Shown here piece after piece: positions 56,001 through 64,000 of a DNA stretch of 64,000 nt. A model generated the notes under the pieces. That model was not told where the DNA came from. It saw only the letters and a program-made list of their open reading frames with translations, and ran no database searches. Both the position numbers and the translations under genes were made by a program. Source of the DNA: Auanema rhodensis (lineage: Eukaryota; Animalia; Nematoda); contig OZ059896.1 of assembly GCA_964057225.1 (NCBI GenBank), positions 6,882,001 through 6,946,000 of the forward strand. The letters are read 5' to 3'. How positions within the stretch are numbered: position 1 is the stretch's first letter; each line of letters starts with the position of its first letter.

Positions 56001-57329
56001 TCATCTGGCACATACCATGGGAGAATGGGTGACTCTCAAAGTTGTAGATGGAACCTCAACAAAGCATGAAGTACGTGCGCTATTGCGCGGAAGTAATCAT
56101 ATATTTTTTCTTTAGATAAGCTATAGAGATCTAGAACCATCAAGTCAATATGTTTTCCGTGTCTTCGCACGAGATGAAAAGGGTATAGGTTATCCTAGTA
56201 CTCAATCTGATGAGTTGGAAGTTCCATGTATGTTAACGCTTCATTAAGAAAAATATTTCAATGTTATAGCATCTATTCCTGATGATCCTTTCTATACATC
56301 ATGGTGGTTTATAGGATTGGTTGCTATGTCAACATTTGTAGTTATTGTAGTTGTAATTGCTTTTCTCTGTGTTACTGGTTAGTTGCATTATCACGTATGC
56401 TTAATTTATCTTGATATTTTTAGGTTCACAAGCCAAATTCAAGAGAGAGAAACGAAATTCTGTAGACAGCTTACAGCTTGCAGATGGAAATTTCGTTGCT
56501 TATCAAATGAAAGGACCAAGAGGGATGAACAGAAGCAGGTAATCCGCAAAACAAAAATCTCAATATCATTATGATTAAGGACGGATTTGATGATACGTCC
56601 AGGAACTACGCAGTCCTGGCTTTCTGACAGAGATCCTCCTGCCTATGGTAGTGTTCTTGGAGTTGACAGAGAAAGCACTGCAAATGGGGGAAGTGTTGTG
56701 AATATGTATGGCCTGGCAACAGATGTGATCCCAGCTCAACCAAATCATCAGGCTATGCAAAGGTATTGACCATTTTGCCAATATCTTTCAGAATGTTCAC
56801 ATTCTAGACTATCTGCCTTAGTTGGAAGAGACATTAGAAGCTCGGGAAGTGCCTATGTAGCTAACTCTTGTCGGGGTACTGGAGAGCAAGGCGAATACGG
56901 TACAAGAGGCGAATACACTATTCGGTGAGTTCGCTACTTGATATTACTCTGATTCATACATCGTATTCAGGCCTGAGTTCGGTTATGAATCAAGATCCGG
57001 GTATGGTTCCACTCTTCGGCAGAATGAATATGAAGATGGAGATTCTTTTGATGAAGAAGATCCTAGTGCTGATGAAGCTGAAAATCACGAAGCTGGAGAT
57101 ATAGCTAGTCATTATGGACAGGTTGATCAATACAGGTATTGAATTCTGCTTTTTCCTCATCTTATTCGGTTTTAGGGATACATGGAGAAGAGTACGTGAA
57201 ACGGATGCCGTCCAAAGCAATTCTGACTCAAACAAAGCACCTACAGAAAGTCCATCAAGTGAATCAACATGGCCATCCCAACCGGCCCCGGCCCCGGCGT
57301 TGGCTAATGGATTTTCCTCATTTGTTTGA
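47031..57329 (+). CDS. rig-4: Sidekick-family IgSF adhesion receptor (signal peptide, ~6 Ig, ~13 Fn3, TM, PDZ-binding tail); roughly 60 small exons
   Basis: Signal peptide MREFLKLLLLICCITATTS; GFNGNSPI and MPQQPPAAAPKNVAASARS Fn3 motifs; DDPFYTSWWF followed by a hydrophobic TM segment (~56280-56378); C-terminus GFSSFV*, typical of Sidekick. Confidence 0.93.
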
Positions 57330-57881
57330 ATTTGTTTGTATTTTCGAGGTTAAAAACCTTTCTCTTCACTTCTCTACTCTCATCTTGCCTGTTGATATTT
57401 CTGTGATAGCAGGTGCCGTTTCTCAAATTTTTTGACGGTATTCCTTCAAAATAGTAATATTTATTTTGTATATGTGCAGGTCAGCCTCGGGTACTTTTTA
57501 AAGTTAACAGATTATTAACGCTTATGTAATTTGTAATTCTCTGACTATTTCGATCTCTAAGATATTGTATTGTGGCAGAGCCAATGAATATTCTTGCATT
57601 TTCACATGCATCATTTCAGTGACCAAAACTTGAAGTCTCTAGAATAAAACACAAAACGATCTATAAATGAAAAGAATTGTATGATACTTCTTTCATTCTG
57701 TACATTCATGAGCCAGAAGGATTTAATGTATGAATGAACGGGCGGATCCGCAGCTGTGTAGTTAGATATGCATGAGAAAACCATGAAGATCAGAATCTTT
57801 AATAAGTGACAGAATCAGGAAGAAGGTCTTCTGGTAGTTGCTTCATCGTCCACTTCGTTTGTGGTGATCCAAACATCTATA

Positions 57882-58361
57882 ATGGAAGTTGCTGCTGATC
57901 TTCGCCCAATTCTTGGACCATCTCTTGTAAGATTGGATCCTATGAGAATTAAGCAATTACAGTGAGTTTTCGCTGCAGACACATGTGCACATCTGCACTA
58001 GTGAAACTTTTTACTAATTTGAATATTATGTATTTACGTGTTTACACGTATTTTTTACGAGAATGTTATGCTTGTTTTATTCAGATCTCCCATTGTTTAC
58101 AAGGCTATCGATGATCTGGCTAAACTTTCTGCTCAATGTATGCAATTAAGAGCTCCTCTCACTTGCTGTGAGAAGTTGATTTCATCTGAGCACACCTTAT
58201 ATTTGTGCTGGAGATATGATGAGTGAGCTCTGAACAATAATTGCTTACAATCTAGAAATAATTTTAGAGAACAAAAGGTTTCCCAACTTCTTGGCTTTGC
58301 TAAAGTTGGTAGGAAGCAGCTGTTTCTCTATGATGCTGCAATGCAAACATACGAAGGAGAG
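57882..58361 (+). CDS. mec-17: Alpha-tubulin acetyltransferase MEC-17, exons 1-3 only (57882-57961, 58085-58222, 58268-58361); remainder not in window
   Basis: [59 protein letters not shown]...[25 protein letters not shown], followed by a GT donor at 58362. Confidence 0.93.
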
Positions 58362-58463
58362 GTGTGTTTTCTTTTTTCTTTTCAGTTTTATTAACAATTA
58401 TCATAAACTGTTTATTTTCTTTAAAAAAAATCGGAATGTTATTCTGTTAAAAACTTCATAATA

Positions 58464-61400
58464 TTAAAGTCGACGGCGGTAAGATTGCTCTGGTTCGGGT
58501 TCTGGTAATTTGAGCTTCTTAATGGTATCGTAGCTGAAATATGTTTATTAAGTCTTCTTAGCATCATAACTGAACACCCATTATAAATGTTTGATTTTTT
58601 ACTTACCTTGGTGTGGCATTCTTTCCATTTTCGTTGGTTTGTCCGATGTTAATGGCGTTTGAGTTGTTTCCTACATTGGTTTGGGCTCCTCCGACTTGGG
58701 TGTTAGATTGTCCTTGGTTGTTGTTTTGTCCGAGGTTTTGGGTGTGGATGAGGTTGTTCTTGATCAAGTCAGCGGCTCCAGCTCCAGTTCCGTAAGTTGG
58801 GAGTTGTGGCATGTAGGTGGATGGGGATGGCATGTACTTGGAGGCATCGTATTGTGGTCCCTTTCCATTGTTGTTGGTTTGTCCGATGTTGATGGCGTTT
58901 GAGTTTTCTCCAACGTTGGTTTGGGCTCCTCCGACTTGGGTGCTGGATTGTCCTTGGTTGTTGTTTTGTCCGAGGTTTTGGGTATGGATGAGGTTGTTCT
59001 TGATCAAGTCAGCGGCTCCAGCTCCAGTTCCGTAAGTTGGGAGTTGTGGCATGTAGGTGGATGGGGATGGCATGTACTTGGAGGCATCGTATTGTGGTCC
59101 CTTTCCGTTGTTGTTGGTTTGTCCGAGGTTGATAGAGTTAGCGTTGTTTCCTGCATTGGTTTGAGCTCCTCCCATTTGAGCATTGTTCTGTCCTTGTGAG
59201 TTGGTTTGTCCCAAGTTCTTGGTGTTGAAAAGGTTTCCGGCAACTAAGTTTTGTGGAAGATATTGGGCAGCATTACCATATCCTGGTTGAACGTATCCTG
59301 GTTGAACGTATCCTGGTTGGACGTATCCTGGTTGGACATATTCTGGTTGACCGTAGCTTGGAGCATTAGTAGCATCATATTGTGGTCCCTTTCCGTTGTT
59401 GTTGGTCTGTCCGAGGTTGATAGAGTTAGCGTTGTTTCCTGCATTGGTTTGAGCTCCTCCCATTTGAGCATTGTTCTGTCCTTGTGAGTTGGTTTGTCCC
59501 AAGTTCTTGGTGTTGAAAAGATTTCCGGCAACTAAGTTTTGTGGAAGATATTGGGCAGCATTACCATATCCTGGTTGAACGTATCCTGGCTGAACGTATC
59601 CTGGTTGGACGTATCCTGGTTGGACATATTCTGGTTGACCGTAGCTTGGAGCATTAGTAGCATCATATTGTGGTCCTCCTTGTCCTCCGTTGTTGTTGGT
59701 TTGTCCGAGGTTGATAGAGTTAGCGTTGTTTCCTACATTGGTTTGAGCTCCTCCCATTTGAGCATTGTTCTGTCCTTGTGAGCTGGTTTGTCCCAAGTTC
59801 TTGGTGTTGAAAAGATTTCCAGCAACTAAGTTTTGTGGAAGATATTGGGCAGCATTACCATATCCTGGTTGAACGTATCCTGGCTGAACGTATCCTGGTT
59901 GGACATATCCTGGTTGACCATAGCTTGGAGCATTAGTAGCATCATATTGTGGTCCTCCTTGTCCTCCGTTGTTGTTGGTTTGTCCGAGGTTGATAGAGTT
60001 AGCGTTGTTTCCTACATTGGTTTGAGCTCCTCCCATTTGAGCATTGTTCTGTCCTTGTGAGCTGGTTTGTCCCAAGTTCTTGGTGTTGAAAAGATTTCCA
60101 GCAACTAAGTTTTGTGGAAGATATTGGGCAGCATTACCATATCCTGGTTGAACGTATCCTGGCTGAACGTATCCTGGTTGGACATATCCTGGTTGACCAT
60201 AGCTTGGAGCATTAGTAGCATCATATTGTGGTCCTCCTTGTCCTCCGTTGTTGTTGGTCTGTCCGAGGTTGATAGAGTTAGCATTGTTTCCTACATTGGT
60301 TTGAGCTCCTCCCATTTGAGCATTAGTCTGTCCTTGAGCATTGTTTTGTCCCAAATTTTGGCCAAATACATGATTTCCTAAGAAGAAGTTTTGTGGAAGG
60401 TATTGAGCAGCTGGTCCATAGTTTTGTGGAACATATTCGGGCTGTAAAAGAATTAATTTTTTTGGTCTTTTTTTTTCTGATTACTCTTGGCTGGTCGTTA
60501 TGCTGTCCTTGTCCAACATTGTTCTCAGTTGTGCCGGCAGTGTTAATAGCTCCAGATTGTTGAGTTGTTCTTGGATTGATGATGTTACCCTTAAATTAAC
60601 TTTGATTTCAAAGCTAAAAAGATATTATTACCTTTCCAAGAGCCAAGTTGAGTAAATTGGAAGCTTGAATATTTGGTAATCCCAGGTGGATTAAACCATC
60701 GTTTTGAGGATGCTGCTGAAATTATAAATTTGCGTATAACAATCTAATGCTCATTGTTGTTTACTTGCAAAGTAAGTCTGTTATCTTGAACTCTGATGAT
60801 TCCGACGCCTGGAACATCGTATGCTGGTTGTTGGTTACCCCCCTTAAAATAATAAAACCATTGAAATGCATTGGGAAAAGCTCATTTGTACATTGTTATT
60901 AACTTGAGAAACTTGTACATTATTAACATTATATCCAACATTGTTCTGTGCCCCACCCTGTTGAATACTATGTTGTCCCTGAGTATTATCCTAAAACAAC
61001 CATTTTGTATAGCTTATGAGGGGCACCCTAACTTGTTTCCCTGTTAACATTCCTACGGCATTTCCTAAGAATCTCAGGACGTCATAACTGGGACGAGGGC
61101 TGGACTGTGGCAACTTTAAAATTAATGTTACTGGGAACTTTTGGTGGGTGTGGAACTTACGTTGTTGTTGTTTACTTGAGATACTTCGATGTTGTTAGTA
61201 TTAGACAGTATATTTGTCATCTCACCTCCCACCTGAACATTCCCTTGACCCTGCTGATTATTCTAAACCTTTTCCCATTTTTTTTTCTCTGCAGGTCTTC
61301 TGACCTGTGTGGCTTGGTTATTTTTCACGTTGTTGAATCCCAGAAGTCTCCCAATACCAAGAAAATCGTTACTGGGTCGTGCCTTGAAAGTTATTAAAGA

Positions 61401-61912
61401 GCAGTATATAAAAGTGATTAAGATATGCCCCATGTGTTTTCCTGTTTTCAATAAAAATTATATACTCACAGCAGTTTGAGAAGCCTTAATATCAGTTTTT
61501 GGTGCGACCTGGCTGGTAATAGTTCCAGTGTTGTGAACATTTCCTCCACTTGGTCCTGTGCTCTGAAAGGCATAGAGTTGGTTTTGCATGCTTTGTTATA
61601 AATTTACAATCAATGTTCTTGTTGGCAGCATAGCCACATTGTGTAACAGAGTTCCTAATGCTGAGGTGATAGTTGGAGCATCTTGACTGGGCTTCTGAAC
61701 TCATGAAAGAATGAAAATTGTGATAATTTTTCCGAATATACCTTCTCATCGACAGTCTTTCCATTTGCGGTGTAATCCTTTGGTTGAACTCGAGGAGAGC
61801 TAGCAGCTACTCTCTTCACTTCTTTGGGATCGTTGTTAGAATATCCAGAATTCTGAAGATCGTACTGGCATGCTACAAGTGTAGCCAGAGCCAGGAGACA
61901 TACTACACGCAT
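58464..61912 (-). CDS. Secreted Gln/Asn/Gly/Tyr-rich block-repeat protein A (~960 aa, 12 exons), unknown family
   Basis: Exons 61912-61742, 61694-61608, 61562-61470, 61382-61305, 61262-61161, 61113-61033, 60990-60892, 60842-60765, 60715-60632, 60589-60485, 60441-58607 and 58533-58464 join via GT-AG introns into one 2883-nt frame. Signal peptide MRVVCLLALATLVAC; TATAAAA at 62010-62004; AATAAA at 58416-58411 and 58392-58387. Confidence 0.85.
58620..60350 (-). repeat. Coding tandem repeat array: four 279-294 bp units with nested 15-bp (YVQPG) repeats, then two 240-bp units
   Basis: Near-identical units recur at offsets of 279, 294 and 288 bp, then 240 bp; the nested motif tatcctggttgaacg varies in copy number. 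Confidence 0.95.
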
Positions 61913-62895
61913 TGTCTAAAACATTATTATTATTAAAAAGAAAAAAAGACATAAAAGAATATGAGCGTAAGATCATGGTCTCCTTAATGCATGGAGAGAA
62001 CGCTTTTATATAACTCTTGATCTGACTAATTTAAATCGTTTCGGTTTTTTAACTGAAATTTAGGTTACCACTGCCTATATTAATTAAGTATTATCAACGA
62101 ATTCTAATAAGTGGTAGATTGTTTTCAAGGACAATATTGCTTTCTGTGAGTGACAAGTTTTTTTGCTGTTTTGCACTCATTCATTGACATTAGATACTCG
62201 ACCAGTTTTGTTTCTGATAAAACTAATTAAGAATATTGTTGTTAGAAGTGGACCTTATTTGTTTTGATATTAACGCTGCATTTATTTCTAATCATGATAT
62301 GTTTGCAGTTCTAAATCATCTGATTTATAAGTGAACAGTTTAAATTTATTTCATATAATAATAGAAATAGTCCTATCTTTAGTTCTATCAATATGAAAAG
62401 AACAGGATTTTATCATTATTTTTCACTTCGTTTTCTTATCCCCGTAAACTAGTAAAACTCAAAGTTAATTCATCGCTTTCTCTTCAGTAATACGAAGAAA
62501 AACATGAAAATTGTTGATTTTTTTTTCAAATATGCTATACATAAGATAGTGAAATGTTTTCGTTACTACTTTTTGTATTAATTCTAATTCGGTATGACCT
62601 TAATAATCTTCAAATTAATGTAACGTTAATTAGTCTTAAGAAGTAATATAGTATTAATTAATCTTGAAAGTATTATAGTTTCAATTTTATAATCATGATA
62701 AGCTATTATAATTATGATTTTAACGATTAGGTTGAATTGTTTCTTTCAAGTTTTTTATGGACTCTTTTGTTTTAGTTTTAAGTAAGAAGTAGATATATGA
62801 TATATAAACTTTATTTTGCAAATCATACATAGTTAACCAACACCATACAACATTTGCACTTATTATTAAGTATCAATCTTTAGAGTTTCAATCGG

Positions 62896-62917
62896 CTTCT
62901 AAAAATATTTTTAGAAG
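62896..62917. repeat. Perfect 22-bp palindrome in the 3' UTR of gene B
   Basis: CTTCTAAAAAT|ATTTTTAGAAG is its own reverse complement. Confidence 0.85.
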
Positions 62918-62926
62918 GCTAGAAGT

Positions 62927-64000
62927 TTAAGCACGGCGACGGTAAGATTGCTCTGGCTCTGGGGCTGGGAGGATGTGCTTTCTAACGGTATCGTAGCTGA
63001 AATATGTTGATTAAGTAATGAAAGTTTGGAAGCATTGTATTACCTTGGGGAGCTTCCTCCGTTGTTATTGGTTTGTCCAACATTGATGTTGTTGGAGTTG
63101 GTGTTGTGGTTGATCATATCACCTCCCTTTTGGACGCTGGTTTGTCCTTGGTTGTTGGTTTGGGCGAGATCCTTGGCGTTGAAGATGTTTCCGGTAACAA
63201 CGTGTGGTGCAACGTAGCCTCCGTAGCTTCCGTAGTTTGGTTGGGATGGGTAAGATATATATGGTTGTGGGTAGCTTGGTTGAACGTATTGGGTATCGTA
63301 TTGTGGTCCCTTTCCGTTGTTGTTGGTTTGTCCGATGTTGATGGAGTTGGTGTTTTGTCCAACGTTGGTTTGGGCTCCTCCGACTTGGGTGTTGGATTGT
63401 CCTTGTTGGTTGGTCTGTCCAAGGTTTTGGGTGTTGATCTTGTTAGCGGCCAAGAGTTGTCCAATGTTGTGTGGGTATACTGGGATAGTATGGTAGGAAT
63501 CCAACAATTTGATGTTAACATTTGGGCTGAGGATAGATTGGCTGTTGGAGTTTCCGTTTCCAGTTTGCTTGGTTCCCAAAAGACCGCCGAGAAGGCCTCC
63601 GAGGAGTCCACCAGACTTTTCTGAAGAAACAGCGGTAGTCTGAACGGTTGGCTCATTGCGAGCTGGTTGTCCGTATCCTGGTTCTGGTTGTCCGTAGCTT
63701 GGCTGTCCGTAGCTTGGTTGTCCGTATTGGGAATCGTATTGTGGTCCCTTTCCGTTGTTGTTGGTTTGTCCGATGTTGATGGCATTGGAGTTCTCTCCAA
63801 CGTTGGTTTGGGCTCCTCCGACTTGGGTGCTGGATTGTCCTTGGTTGTTGTTTTGTCCTAATCCAGTGTAGTCAACCTTGTTTCCGGCGAAGATGTTTTG
63901 TGGAAGGTATTGTCCAACGTTTCCGTAGCTTGGTTGAGATGGGTAGCTTGGTTGAGCTGGGTAGGTGGTTGGGACGTAGGTTGGGGCGTACTTGGAGGCA
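62927..64000 (-). CDS. Paralogous Q/N/G/Y-rich repeat protein B, 3' part (5' end beyond window)
   Basis: Open frame from 63999 to the donor at 63044 (ASKYAPTYVP...GQNNNQGQSSTQVGGAQTNVGENSNAINIGQTNNNGKGPQYD...). Last exon 62996-62927 reads (S)YDTVRKHILPAPEPEQSYRRRA*, with the same intron position and phase as gene A. AATAAA at 62815-62810. Confidence 0.88.

Noticed and set aside
58620-60350. Regular repeats resembling a CRISPR array or satellite
   Set aside because: Eukaryotic locus; unit lengths are multiples of 3 within an open frame and there are no unique spacers
58613-63861. Plus-strand and off-frame ORFs over the repeat genes (e.g. WLNVS repeats; 63114-63800)
   Set aside because: Antisense or shifted-frame shadows of the Q/N-rich frame, which alone has the signal peptide, coherent splicing and biased codons

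Overview
Eukaryotic, AT-rich nematode genomic DNA with very short introns (rhabditid-like; the protein sequences differ from C. elegans). Positions 1-38.3 kb hold nearly all of the giant muscle gene unc-22/twitchin on the + strand; its first exon(s) lie upstream of the window. It carries an intronic antisense tRNA-Lys(CTT), a probable internal alternative first exon and candidate cassette exons. Next come arl-8 (-), a FoxN1/4-class forkhead gene (+), an ALKBH6 dioxygenase (+, possibly in an operon with the FoxN gene), the sidekick orthologue rig-4 (+) and the first three exons of mec-17 (+). The most unusual element lies after mec-17 exon 3, apparently inside a large mec-17 intron: an antisense tandem cluster of at least two paralogous Gln/Asn/Gly/Tyr-rich block-repeat proteins, one with a visible signal peptide. 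They alternate an N/Q-ladder core with Tyr/Pro spacers, start each module with P-x-Y-D and share a PEPEQSYRRR tail. Also notable are frequent AAG 3' splice sites on ~40-50 nt introns and cell-cycle-type signals (CDE-CHR, CDK sites) on the FoxN gene. Exon structures were reconstructed by hand and orthologues were recognised from memory; no searches were run.
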